Assembly (NCBI GenBank): GCA_963674595.2
Contig: CAXXFV010000015.1
Coordinates: 160,001-224,000, forward strand
Source of the DNA: a bacterium
GTDB taxonomy: Bacteria; Zhuqueibacterota; Zhuqueibacteria; Residuimicrobiales; Krinioviventaceae
Length of the DNA: 64,000 bases
Reading direction: 5' to 3'
The translations under genes and the position numbers were made by a program. Below are positions 18,504 through 28,839 of the stretch, in pieces. The notes below the pieces were generated by a model that was not told the origin of the DNA, ran no database searches, and was given only the letters and a program-made list of their open reading frames with translations. Within the stretch, counting starts at the first letter, position 1, and each line of letters starts with the position of its first letter.

Positions 18504-19710
18504 ATGAAACGACTTTATTTTATTTTTACTTGTGTCATTTCATTGACCTGTTGGATTTCGTTGAGTCATGCAATTGAGTTTGGATTGGGAACTTTGCATG
18601 TCGGCTCTGCAGCAACAATTGCTAAAAAGGGATTGAATATCGGAACACATTCTCATGCATTTTTTAAAGATGAGATGAATCAACTTTCAGACGGCACCTC
18701 TAAAGGTGAAACCTACTGGGATGTTCAAGGGCGATTGGGGTTAGTCTATGGCTTTACGGAAAAACTGGAACTAGGATTGTCCTACATTATGTATCAGGAC
18801 AACCATAAGGGCGGTGACGGATATAACTTTCCGGATAATTTATTATTACGTGTGAAACTGGGGTCCCTGGGACCGCAAACAAGTTCCATGCGTTTTGGTT
18901 TGCAGGGTAATTTTCGGTTTCCAACGACAAACAAGTACAATTTACCGCTGGAACCCTATTCTGCTGATCGAATTGGCGTTGGTCTGACGGGTTTGTTTTC
19001 CATTTTATCTGATCCGTTATACCCGGAATATGGATTTAATTTACACGCTAATTTGGGATTTTTTAATCATAATGATTTTGGACTCACCATGACCGATGTT
19101 CCAACTGATACGATAACGGCAACTGAAAATACCAAAGAACTTTTATATGGTATTTCTGCGGCCAAAAAAATTCAACATTTTAATCTTTATGCAGAAATTT
19201 ATGGAAGCACATTTCTGACAGAACCTCCTATAACAGCCTATACCAGGGAAAGCAGTTTGTATTTTTCTCCCGGCATCACCTATCAATCCAGCCGGACGAT
19301 GAGTTTTAATGTTGCCCTGGATTTGCGACTTATTGGAAATGATGATAAAACTGTCTACTCTGGCTCCCAGGGAAGTATTTTTGAAAAAACCCTGGAAAGA
19401 TGTACCCAATTTACCAAGTTGGCGTATTAATATAGGTGCAACGTTTGCGATACGAAGAGGGCTGGATAATAAATATTCGATAAATGAATACCAGCAAAAT
19501 ATTCCGCAAGCCGAATCTTCCCAGGTAGATCAGGATATTTATATGAACCTGGCAAAGGAGCGTGAAAAAACTGAAAATGCCGAAGCAGAGTTGGAACGAA
19601 TTCGTTCCGAACGGCAGAGGATGGAAGATTTATTAAAGCGTTTACGTGGTTTGCTGGATCCTGAAAAAACAGCTCCCCAAAGCAAGAAAATAATCAAGAA
19701 TAAAATATAA
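18504..19710 (+). CDS. Putative outer-membrane beta-barrel protein with C-terminal coiled coil, split by a 1-nt frameshift in the A6 run at 19384-19389
   Basis: Signal peptide and amphipathic beta strands; removing one A joins ORFs 18504-19430 and 19309-19710 as GSIFEKPWKDVPNLPSWRINIGATF...ENAEAELERIRSERQRMEDLLKRLR. Confidence 0.65.
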
Positions 19711-19721
19711 AAAAGGAGACA

Positions 19722-21041
19722 CTAGTCTCCTTTTTCTATTTTCTGAAATAAAAAGTTTTGAATTTCATCGATTTTAATTCGGCTCTGTTGCATTGTGTCG
19801 CGATCTCGAACTGTCACAGTGTTGTTTTCGAGGGTTTCTGTGTCAACTGTAAAGCAGAAGGGCGTACCTGCTTCGTCCATTCTTCGATAACGACGACCAA
19901 CCGCACCGCTTTCATCATAAAATACATTGTAATATACTTTGAGATCATTATAGATTTTTTTAGCAACTTCCGGCATATTGTCTCTTTTGACAAGCGGGAA
20001 AATAGCTGCTTTGATCGGTGCCACAGCCGGTGAAAAATGTAATACTGTTCGGGTGTCTTTTTCCAATTGTTGTTCTTCAAATGCGTCAGCAAGAACTGTC
20101 AGCAATGTTCGATCACAACCGGCGGAAGTTTCAACTATGTAAGGTATATATCGTTCACGAGTCAGGTCGTCAAAATAGGTCATGTCCTTACCGGAAAATT
20201 CCTGATGGCGATTTAAATCATAATCGGTTCGGTTGTGTATACCTTCAAGTTCTTTCCAGCCAAAAGGAAATTCATATTGAATGTCATAGGCATCAGATGC
20301 ATAATGTGCCAGTTCATCAGGGCCGTGTTGGTGGTAGCGCAATTTTTCCGGTGTTAATCCCAGGGCCTTGTAATACTCCATACGGTCGGCTTTCCAGGTG
20401 TTAAACCATTCCACATCACTACCGGGTTTGACAAAAAACTGCATTTCCATTTGTTCAAATTCGCGGGTACGGAAAATAAAGTTTTCTGTTGTAATTTCAT
20501 TTCGAAAGGCCTTGCCGATTTGTGCTATTCCAAAAGGAACTCTTTGACGTGAGGATTGATGTACGTTAAAGAAATTAACATAAATTCCCTGGGCTGTTTC
20601 CGGTCTAAGGTAAACTACATTAGCCTCTTCTTCTACCGGTCCCATGTATGTTTTAAACATGAGATTGAACTGTCTGGATTCGGTTAGTTCTCCGCCACAA
20701 TCCGGGCATTTACTTGTATCTTCCAGTAAATCTTCACGAAATCTGTGTTTACATTTTTTACAATCAACTAATGGGTCCGTAAAACTTTCAACATGGCCGG
20801 AGGCAATCCAGACACGCGGGGCCATGAGTATGGATGCATCAAGTCCCACGATATTATCATGCTTTTGGACCATCCATTTCCACCAAAAATTTTTAATATT
20901 TTTTTTCAGCTCTGCACCAAGCGGACCATAGTCATAACAACTGGCTAAGCCGCCATAGATTTCGCTGGATTGAAATATAAATCCACGCCGTTTACATAAC
21001 GAAACAATCTTGTCCATTGTTGTTTCAACTTTTTTTGCCAT
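19722..21041 (-). CDS. glyQS: Glycine--tRNA ligase, alpha2 (homodimeric) type
   Basis: CKRRGFIFQSSEIYGG, YLRPETAQG, AFRNEIT..NFIFRTREFEQME, GWKELEG, anticodon-binding domain. Confidence 0.97.
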   Translation of the reverse strand: MAKKVETTMDKIVSLCKRRGFIFQSSEIYGGLASCYDYGPLGAELKKNIKNFWWKWMVQKHDNIVGLDASILMAPRVWIASGHVESFTDPLVDCKKCKHRFREDLLEDTSKCPDCGGELTESRQFNLMFKTYMGPVEEEANVVYLRPETAQGIYVNFFNVHQSSRQRVPFGIAQIGKAFRNEITTENFIFRTREFEQMEMQFFVKPGSDVEWFNTWKADRMEYYKALGLTPEKLRYHQHGPDELAHYASDAYDIQYEFPFGWKELEGIHNRTDYDLNRHQEFSGKDMTYFDDLTRERYIPYIVETSAGCDRTLLTVLADAFEEQQLEKDTRTVLHFSPAVAPIKAAIFPLVKRDNMPEVAKKIYNDLKVYYNVFYDESGAVGRRYRRMDEAGTPFCFTVDTETLENNTVTVRDRDTMQQSRIKIDEIQNFLFQKIEKGD

Positions 21042-21052
21042 GATATTCCTTT

Positions 21053-21838
21053 CTATGTATCGCTTTGTTTATTTTTTTCAAAATCATTTGATAACTGGTT
21101 TAAATATTTTATTGATTTTAAATCGTTTAAATTATCTATATGAACGTTTAAATAGTTTGACAGGAACATATCCATTTCCTTACCAATTGCAGATGTTACT
21201 TTAATTTTATCAGACCTGGAGACAGCGTTTTTCTGAAGCCAGCGAAGAAATTCCAATGCTTTAAATGATAAAGCAAATTCTCGTTGGCTGCTGCAGTTTT
21301 CACAGCAGTAATTTCCATTTTCCATGTTAATAAATATAGGACCCTGATGGGTCTGTTCCGAACATATTGAGCAACTGTTTAATTTTGGTTCAAATCCGGA
21401 AATTGATAAAAAAGTCAGGTAAAAATTTCGCAAGATATTTTTCTGGCCTTTTTGTGATTTTTCCAGAGTATTTAAAAATTCAATCAATAAATTAAACACT
21501 GCTGTATTACAATGATCATCTTCTTCTGTTTTATCAATCAGCTCACAGGGAATAGCAGCCAGGGCCATTTTCCCCAATTGGGCGTGAATGTCAGGAAAAG
21601 AATGAATAATATCCGCTTCACGCAGATACTGCAGGCTGCGTTGTTCTTTTCGGTATATTATAATTGAAATATAATTTAAAGTCTCTAATGCACCAAGATA
21701 TTTTGATTTAATACTTCTGGCGCCTTTGGCAATAACACTTATTTTACCAAAGTTTTTTGTATATAACGACAGTATTTTACTTGTTTCGCCCTGTTTCCGG
21801 GTTCGAAGAACAACAGCTTCTGTCTTAATTATGGCCAT
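21053..21838 (-). CDS. recO: DNA repair protein RecO
   Basis: KTEAVVLR...ETSKILSLYT..FGKISVIAKGAR OB fold; CSIC...CENC zinc finger. Confidence 0.93.
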   Translation of the reverse strand: MAIIKTEAVVLRTRKQGETSKILSLYTKNFGKISVIAKGARSIKSKYLGALETLNYISIIIYRKEQRSLQYLREADIIHSFPDIHAQLGKMALAAIPCELIDKTEEDDHCNTAVFNLLIEFLNTLEKSQKGQKNILRNFYLTFLSISGFEPKLNSCSICSEQTHQGPIFINMENGNYCCENCSSQREFALSFKALEFLRWLQKNAVSRSDKIKVTSAIGKEMDMFLSNYLNVHIDNLNDLKSIKYLNQLSNDFEKNKQSDT

Positions 21839-21845
21839 TTTATGT

Positions 21846-23204
21846 TTATTTTATCCAATTTATATATGTGGTAACGGAAATCAGATAAATGAACAAACCT
21901 AAAACATCATTACAGGTTGTTATAAACGGACCTGTAGCAATTGCAGGATCGATATTGATTTTATTGAGTAAAAAAGGTGCTGTTGCGCCGACAGTAGCGG
22001 CTATTAATATAACAAGCATCATGGCTACGGCAATAGCCAAACCAAAATCGGGTTGTTGGAACATAACCCACACAACAATAAAAATCATAGAACTCAGGAC
22101 AAAACTGTTGAGAAAAGCGACCTTGATCTCCCGGAAAAAACGTTCCCAAATTCTGGACGTACCGCCTTCTGACAGGGCAATGCTTCGGACGACAATTGTG
22201 CTGGATTGAATTCCGGCATTTCCGGCCATGGCCATTATTACCGGAATAAAAAAGGAAATAGAAATAATTTGCTGGATGGAAGCTTTAAAGTGGTTTAAAA
22301 CGGATATACCGCCAATTTCTCCGATAAACGCAATAATAAGCCAGGGAAGTCTGAAACGTGCGATACGAAAAGTTGATGTTTCCTGAAGGACTTCTTCTTC
22401 CGAAATACCTGCCATACGTTGCATATCTTCAGTTGCTTCTTCCTGTAAAACATCGACAATATCATCGATGGTAATACGGCCGACAAGGCGGTTATAAGCA
22501 TCGACAACAGGAACAGCAACAAGGTCGTATTTACGTACCAGGTTTGCCACTTCTTCCTGGTCTTTTTCGACTGTTACGGAAATAACATCCAGGTCCATAA
22601 TCTCGCGGATGAGGGTTTTGGCTTTACTGAGGATAATTTGTTGAAGCGAAACAATACCTACCAGGCGTCCGCCCCGGTCGATAGCATAAATATAGTAAAT
22701 ATCTTCAATTTCATCTGCTTTTTCACGGATTTGCTGAATGGCGTCGTCAACGGTTTCATCATCATAAACGGTAACAATTTCCAGCGCCATGATACCACCG
22801 GCTGATTCCTCATCGTGCAATAACAATTTTTGCACTTCAGCGCGGTCCTGAGTGTCAACAAGGGCCAATACTTCTTTTGCCCGTTGTTCCGGAAGTTCAG
22901 ACACAACATCTGTGGCATCATCAGAGTCCATTTCATCGACAATGGCTGACAGTCGTTCCGTTTCAACAGAGGTAACAATCAGCTCACGCGTAACTTCATC
23001 AAGTTCTAAAACAACATCTGATGCAATTTCTGGTTTAATAAGGCTGAACAGAAATATTTTTTCATCATCATCCAGGTCTTGAATAATGTCTGCCAGGTCC
23101 GCCGGATGTGTATCAATAATGATGTTTTTAAGCTTTGGTTCATCTCTGACATCTAAAAGATATCGGATGTTTTCCACGATTTCTTTTCGATCGTTTGTTT
23201 CCAT
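21846..23204 (-). CDS. mgtE: Magnesium transporter MgtE
   Basis: HPADLAD N-domain, CBS pair, RLPWL, GNAGIQS, IDPAIATGPFITTCND. Confidence 0.96.
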   Translation of the reverse strand: METNDRKEIVENIRYLLDVRDEPKLKNIIIDTHPADLADIIQDLDDDEKIFLFSLIKPEIASDVVLELDEVTRELIVTSVETERLSAIVDEMDSDDATDVVSELPEQRAKEVLALVDTQDRAEVQKLLLHDEESAGGIMALEIVTVYDDETVDDAIQQIREKADEIEDIYYIYAIDRGGRLVGIVSLQQIILSKAKTLIREIMDLDVISVTVEKDQEEVANLVRKYDLVAVPVVDAYNRLVGRITIDDIVDVLQEEATEDMQRMAGISEEEVLQETSTFRIARFRLPWLIIAFIGEIGGISVLNHFKASIQQIISISFFIPVIMAMAGNAGIQSSTIVVRSIALSEGGTSRIWERFFREIKVAFLNSFVLSSMIFIVVWVMFQQPDFGLAIAVAMMLVILIAATVGATAPFLLNKINIDPAIATGPFITTCNDVLGLFIYLISVTTYINWIK

Positions 23205-23213
23205 AATGACGTC

Positions 23214-23996
23214 CTATTTTGCAAAAGAATTTGCAAAATCAATCCATTCATCCGTAGTCAATTGTTCGGGGCGACGTGATAAATCAAAGTGAGCCTGATT
23301 ATCATCAATGAGAAAGTCTTTAAGAGATTTTCTAAGCATTTTACGTCGTTGTCCAAACGCTGTTTTAAGAATTGTTTTAAAAATTTGCAGATCATGAATT
23401 TTATTTATTCTCTTGTCGGTAAATTTCCAGGTAACCAGAGAAGAATCCACTTTAGGCTTTGGATAAAAAACCGTATTTGGAACGTGAAAATGAATGTCGA
23501 CATCTGCAAATATTTGGCTAATGATGGCCAAAATTCCATAATCTTTTGTATTCGGTTTTGCTACAGTACGAAGAGCAACCTCCTTTTGAATAAGCATTGT
23601 CAGGTCTATCGTTTTTCGGGTACGTTCAAAAACTTTGAACATGATTTGGCTGGTAATATGATAGGGAATATTACCATAAATACGAATTGTGCTGTCGGGC
23701 GCAATTTCTTCAAGATTTATTTTAAGAAAATCATCATGAATGATGATAAATTTTTCTAAAGAATCAAATTTAATTTTCAGTTGTTCATAAAGACGTTTGT
23801 CTATTTCAACTGCGTATAACTGTTTAACCAGAGGTAATACATGTTCCGTCAATACGCCGTATCCCGGCCCGATTTCCAGCACAATGTCTGATGATGTAAA
23901 ATTCAGTGCTTTAACAATATTTCGGGTTGTATTCTGGTCTTTTAAAAAATTTTGTCCTAAACTTTGTTTAGGCGCATAGGATACGGGTGTATTCAT
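23214..23996 (-). CDS. rsmA: 16S rRNA m6,2A1518/1519 dimethyltransferase
   Basis: KQSLGQNFL, EIGPGYG, GNIPYHIT, FYPKPKVDS, FGQRRKML. Confidence 0.96.
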   Translation of the reverse strand: MNTPVSYAPKQSLGQNFLKDQNTTRNIVKALNFTSSDIVLEIGPGYGVLTEHVLPLVKQLYAVEIDKRLYEQLKIKFDSLEKFIIIHDDFLKINLEEIAPDSTIRIYGNIPYHITSQIMFKVFERTRKTIDLTMLIQKEVALRTVAKPNTKDYGILAIISQIFADVDIHFHVPNTVFYPKPKVDSSLVTWKFTDKRINKIHDLQIFKTILKTAFGQRRKMLRKSLKDFLIDDNQAHFDLSRRPEQLTTDEWIDFANSFAK

Positions 23997-24781
23997 TCTT
24001 CATTAACAAGTTCAATGTTAAAAAGGTCAAGCGCGTTTGCTGTTGTTATTTTTTGGACCTCGGAAATCGGTATATTTTTTTCATGGGCAATTTTTTGCGC
24101 AATATAATTTACAAAAGCCGGCTCATTACGTTTTCCGCGTTGGGGAACAGGCGCCATAAAAGGACAATCTGTTTCTACAAGCAAACGTTCCAACGGAATG
24201 TTTTTCATAACCTGGGTTGAACGCGAATTTTTAAATGTAATAGTGCCTGTGAATGAAATATAAAATCCTAACTCCATGACTTTATCAGCCATTTTTTCAT
24301 CACCGGAAAAGCAATGAAAGACGCCGCGCCAGCCGGATTTCTGACGTTCTTTTAACAGAGTTATAATGTCATCGTCCGCATCACGTGTATGAATGATTAA
24401 AGGCTTTTCTGTTTCCAAAGACCAATTGAGAAATTTGCGCAACAGCTTTCGTTGAGTTTCTATTGGTGACAGATATCTGTAATAATCCAAACCAACTTCA
24501 CCGATAGCCACCACTTTGGGGTGGTTTATAAGTTCTTTCAACTCTTCCAGGTCCTGCTGCTCTGCTTTTCCCACGTCATGCGGGTGAACTCCAGCCGTTG
24601 CAAAAACATTGGTAAATTGTTCAGCAATTTGAATAGATTTTTGCGTAGTAGGTAAATCTATACCTACGTTTATAATGCCTGCTACTCCGGATTCTTTGGC
24701 GCGGTAAACAACATCCTGTCGGTCCGCATCATATTGCTGAAAATCAATGTGTGCATGTGTATCAATTAACACATTTGTCAT
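23993..24781 (-). CDS. tatD: TatD family DNase
   Basis: IDTHAH, GVHPH, IGEVGLDYY, IIHTR, GVFHCFSG, ETDCPF, RNEP. Confidence 0.95.
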   Translation of the reverse strand: MTNVLIDTHAHIDFQQYDADRQDVVYRAKESGVAGIINVGIDLPTTQKSIQIAEQFTNVFATAGVHPHDVGKAEQQDLEELKELINHPKVVAIGEVGLDYYRYLSPIETQRKLLRKFLNWSLETEKPLIIHTRDADDDIITLLKERQKSGWRGVFHCFSGDEKMADKVMELGFYISFTGTITFKNSRSTQVMKNIPLERLLVETDCPFMAPVPQRGKRNEPAFVNYIAQKIAHEKNIPISEVQKITTANALDLFNIELVNEE

Positions 24782-26838
24782 CGAATACCGGCTCCGGAGT
24801 CGATATCTCTGTCTACAGAAATAACACTGAATTTACCATTTTCATCTTCTGCTGCCAATAACATACCGTTTGATTCAACACCTCTGATAACGGCAGGTTC
24901 TAGGTTGGCAACTATGACTATTTTTTTACCGATAAGTTCTTCCGGTGGATAGAATTTGGCAATTCCGGCAACGATCTGTCTTTTTTCACTACCTATTTCT
25001 ATTTCCAAACGCAGCAGTTTATCTGCTTTTTCAATTTTTTCAGCCAAAAGTACTCGTGCAACTACAAGTTTTACTTTTTTAAAATCATCAAAACTTATTT
25101 TAGGTGTTTCGTCGGTCACAACAGGAGTCTCCGTTGTTTTATTGTTAGATATATTTTGTAAACGTTCAATTTCTGGTTGTATACGTTCATCCATAATTTT
25201 TTCAAATAAAATTTCCACTTTACCAAATGGTTGCCCTTGCGGAACATCCAAGTTACAATCATCCCATAATTGCTGCTGGATTTGCCCTGTAAACCCAAGC
25301 ATTTTCCAGATTTTTTCTGCTGAAAAGGGCATAAACGGTTGCATCAATACAGCAATTGTTTTGGCGGCCTGGATACACAAGTTTATTGTCGTTGCGCATT
25401 TGTCCGGGTTTTCTTTAATTGTTCGCCAGGGTTCCTGATCGTTAAAATATTTGTTGGCCGCTCTTCCAATGTCCATAAATGCGGCGGTTGCTTTACGAAA
25501 TTCAAATTTTTCGATAAAATCACCGATTGTTTCCGGTGCTTTGGATAATGTTTCCAGCAAACCTTTATCGAGGTCATCCAGTTCACCACGAGCCGGTATT
25601 TTACCATCAAATCGTTTACCCGCAAACGTTAACGTTCGATTCACAAAATTACCCAAAATGTCCGCTAATTCACTGTTGTGCCTTTGCTGAAATTCCTGCC
25701 ATGTGAAATCAGCGTCTTTGGTCTCCGGTGCATTGATCGACAGGTAATAACGTAAAGAGTCTGCGTCAAATTTTTCCATATAGTCATCCAGCCATACAGC
25801 ATAGTTTTTGCTGGTGCTGAGTTTATTACCTTCCAGGTTCAGAAATTCATTGGCCGGCACGTTTTCCGGTAAAACGTAATTTTTGTGGGCCATAAGCATG
25901 GCCGGGAACATGATACAATGAAAGACAATATTATCTTTGCCGATAAAATGCACAAGTTTTGTATCACTGCTTTGCCAGTAGTATTTCCAGCGGTCTTTGT
26001 CTCCTTTTAGTTCGGCCCATTCTTTTGTTGCGGAAATATAACCAATAGGCGCATCAAACCAGACATATAAAACCTTACCTTCGGCATTTTCTAGGGGGAC
26101 CGGAACACCCCAACTTAAATCACGAGTAACCGCCCGATCGGAAAGACCTTCGTTAAGCCAGCTATTGATTTGGCCGATGACGTTTGTTTTCCAATGTTTT
26201 TTGTCTTTCAGCCATATGGTTAATTGTTTTTGAAATTCACCCAGGGGTAAAAACCAATGTTCCGTTTCTTTATAAATTGGTGTTTCACCGCTTAACGTAC
26301 TTTTAGGATTGAGCAATTCTGCGGGAGAAAGCGTTGAACCACATTTTTCGCATTGGTCGCCATACGCTTCTTCATAGGAGCAACTCGGGCATGTTCCCTT
26401 GACATATCTGTCCGGCAGGAACATTTTTATTTTTGGATCGTAAAGTTGTTTTTCTTTTCTTTTTTTAAAAATGCCTTGTTTATATAGTTCAAGAAAAAAT
26501 TCTTTAGATGTTTCGTGGTGTGTTTTAGAGCTTGTTCTGCCATAATAATCAAACGACATTCCAAATTTTTCAAAGGCTTTTTTATTTCGAAAGTGAAATT
26601 CATCAACAATTTTTTGCGGGGAGATGCCTTTTTTTTCTGCTGCAATGGTTATGGGAACGCCGTGTTCATCGGATCCGCAAATATAAATAACATCTCTGTT
26701 TTTAAGCCGCTGAAAGCGAACATATATATCTGCCGGCAGATAAGCCCCGGCCAAATGCCCGAGATGAATCGGACCGTTAGCATAGGGCAAGGCGCTGGTC
26801 ACTAAAATTTGCTTGAATTGGTTGTTATCTTTATACAT
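24778..26838 (-). CDS. metG: Methionine--tRNA ligase with C-terminal tRNA-binding domain
   Basis: ALPYANGPIHLGH, Zn knuckles CPSC/CEKC, YVWFDA, KLSTS, C-terminal RQIVAGI...NLEP...SNGMLL. Confidence 0.98.
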   Translation of the reverse strand: MYKDNNQFKQILVTSALPYANGPIHLGHLAGAYLPADIYVRFQRLKNRDVIYICGSDEHGVPITIAAEKKGISPQKIVDEFHFRNKKAFEKFGMSFDYYGRTSSKTHHETSKEFFLELYKQGIFKKRKEKQLYDPKIKMFLPDRYVKGTCPSCSYEEAYGDQCEKCGSTLSPAELLNPKSTLSGETPIYKETEHWFLPLGEFQKQLTIWLKDKKHWKTNVIGQINSWLNEGLSDRAVTRDLSWGVPVPLENAEGKVLYVWFDAPIGYISATKEWAELKGDKDRWKYYWQSSDTKLVHFIGKDNIVFHCIMFPAMLMAHKNYVLPENVPANEFLNLEGNKLSTSKNYAVWLDDYMEKFDADSLRYYLSINAPETKDADFTWQEFQQRHNSELADILGNFVNRTLTFAGKRFDGKIPARGELDDLDKGLLETLSKAPETIGDFIEKFEFRKATAAFMDIGRAANKYFNDQEPWRTIKENPDKCATTINLCIQAAKTIAVLMQPFMPFSAEKIWKMLGFTGQIQQQLWDDCNLDVPQGQPFGKVEILFEKIMDERIQPEIERLQNISNNKTTETPVVTDETPKISFDDFKKVKLVVARVLLAEKIEKADKLLRLEIEIGSEKRQIVAGIAKFYPPEELIGKKIVIVANLEPAVIRGVESNGMLLAAEDENGKFSVISVDRDIDSGAGIR

Positions 26839-26848
26839 AAATAGCCTT

Positions 26849-27733
26849 TTACTTTTCCTGATTTTCGGACCTATCGTTTTTCTCAGAGTTTTCTGCTTGT
26901 TCCGGGATTTCTGTTTTTTCTGTGACTTCTGTTTCTATCATTTCAAAATCAGTCAACTCTTCCAATGTATATTCAACTCTTTTTTCGTTGTTTATTAAAA
27001 GCGTTACAGTTTCATTAAATACGTTCGTTTCTATAACTTTTCCAAGGCCGTCCTGTGTTTTAAATTGGGTTTCAAACTCGGGCATTTTTTCGTTTTGAGT
27101 TTTATAAAAATCTCTTTCATACATGAGACAGCATAAAAGGCGGCCACATAAACCCGAAAGCTTTTGCGGATTTAAAGGTAAATTTTGTTCTTTGGCGCAT
27201 TGGGTTGTAATCGGCTCGAATTCTTTCAAGAATGTGGTGCAACAGAGTTTACGACCACAACTGCCAAAACCACCGATTCTTTTAGCTTCATCGCGAACAC
27301 CAATCTGCCTGAGTTCGATACGAACTTTATAAACGCTTGCCAGTTCCTTAACCAGTTCACGAAAATCAACGCGTTTTTCTGCCGTAAAATAGAATGTAAT
27401 TTTATTGCCGTCAAACTGGTATTCGACATCTACCAGTTTCATTGTTAACTGGTGTTCAATTATTTTTTTTCGGCAAAACTGATAAGCGTCAAATTCTTTT
27501 TTCCTGTTGGCAAAATATTTTTCCAGGTCCTGGGATGTGGGCTTTCGAATAATATTTCGTATAACCTGGTCACTGTCCTTTTTTTCCAGTACTTCGGCGA
27601 TCTGGTTTACAACTCCCAAATCTTCGCCTTTTTCAGCTTCGGTAATGGCGTAACTGCCGATTTTAAACGGAAATTGCTGCGGATTATGATATATTTCCTT
27701 ACGTTCACCTTTAAATAAAATTTCTATCATCAT
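26849..27733 (-). CDS. ricT: PSP1/YaaT (RicT) Fe-S regulatory protein
   Basis: FYFTAEKRVDFRELVK, RIELRQIGVRDEAK, CGRKLCC, SGLCGRLLCCL. Confidence 0.92.
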   Translation of the reverse strand: MMIEILFKGERKEIYHNPQQFPFKIGSYAITEAEKGEDLGVVNQIAEVLEKKDSDQVIRNIIRKPTSQDLEKYFANRKKEFDAYQFCRKKIIEHQLTMKLVDVEYQFDGNKITFYFTAEKRVDFRELVKELASVYKVRIELRQIGVRDEAKRIGGFGSCGRKLCCTTFLKEFEPITTQCAKEQNLPLNPQKLSGLCGRLLCCLMYERDFYKTQNEKMPEFETQFKTQDGLGKVIETNVFNETVTLLINNEKRVEYTLEELTDFEMIETEVTEKTEIPEQAENSEKNDRSENQEK

Positions 27734-28839
27734 GCTGCTGCACCTTTAACTTTTAAGGCCTGTTTGATTTTTGCCATCAAAACGATTAATACAAGATTAA
27801 CCTGGACATTGTAATTTATTAATTCAATTGCACGTTCTATTTCATTAAAAATAAGATTAAATTCTATGTGTGAAAATGCATTAGTAAATTTACGTAATAC
27901 ATCGAATTTATCACGATTTATAATTTTATTATCCAAACTATTAGTATAGGAATTTTCATGAAATAAAACAAGCGAATCTCTAAACCATAATAAAATCAGG
28001 TTTAGAATGTCTTTAATTTCTGCTTTATCATATTTATCCAGTATTTTTTCAACCATTTCATGTCTGGAATAGTCATTTTTTAAACATGTTCTTAGAAATT
28101 CAACGGCATCATCCCGTCGTGTCGTTAAATCATTTTCAAGCCATTCAATAGCTCTGCGAAAATTTCCCTGGCAGATTTTAGAAACAAGCCGGGCCTGTTC
28201 TGTTTCAACCTGATATTGATCGACCAGGGCTTGTTCAACTAGTTCATCGGATAAAATCCCAAACCGCAGTTCCTGGCACCGTGAAATGATAGTCGGCAAT
28301 AACGAATTGTATTGAGAAGATGTTAAAATGATGTGAGTTGATTTTGGCGGTTCTTCCAAAATTTTTAACAAAGAGTTTGCCGCTTCTATCGTCATTTTAT
28401 CCGCTTCTGCAATGATGATGATTCGTTTGCCCTCCATCGGTTTTATCGTACAAGTCTTACGCAACTCACGAATACGGTCAATGCTGATAACCGGATTTGC
28501 CCAGGGTTTTAACCGTGCATAGGGTTGTTTGCTACAGCTATCTAAAATTTTCCGTTCTTCTTCAACAGTGGCTGCTTTTGGCGCCGGGAATATAAAAATA
28601 ATATCCGGATGGTTGAATTGGGAAATTCTTTTACAGGATGAACAGGTGCCGCAGGGATTTTCAAATGGGTCCGTACAATAAAGCACCTTGGCGAATTCAA
28701 AAGCCATAGCCTCTTTGCCGATACCTTCAGGCCCGGAAAACAGATAGGCGTGAGAAATACGGTTGTTTTCGATGGCTTTAATGAGTATGGATTTTGAACG
28801 CTGTTGTCCTAAAATTTTTTTAAATTGTATATTATTCAA
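27730..28839 (-). CDS. holB: DNA polymerase III delta' subunit
   Basis: HAYLFSGPEGIGK, CGTCSSC zinc site, HPD, AANSLLKILEEPP, LLPTIISRCQ. Confidence 0.94.
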   Translation of the reverse strand: MNNIQFKKILGQQRSKSILIKAIENNRISHAYLFSGPEGIGKEAMAFEFAKVLYCTDPFENPCGTCSSCKRISQFNHPDIIFIFPAPKAATVEEERKILDSCSKQPYARLKPWANPVISIDRIRELRKTCTIKPMEGKRIIIIAEADKMTIEAANSLLKILEEPPKSTHIILTSSQYNSLLPTIISRCQELRFGILSDELVEQALVDQYQVETEQARLVSKICQGNFRRAIEWLENDLTTRRDDAVEFLRTCLKNDYSRHEMVEKILDKYDKAEIKDILNLILLWFRDSLVLFHENSYTNSLDNKIINRDKFDVLRKFTNAFSHIEFNLIFNEIERAIELINYNVQVNLVLIVLMAKIKQALKVKGAAA

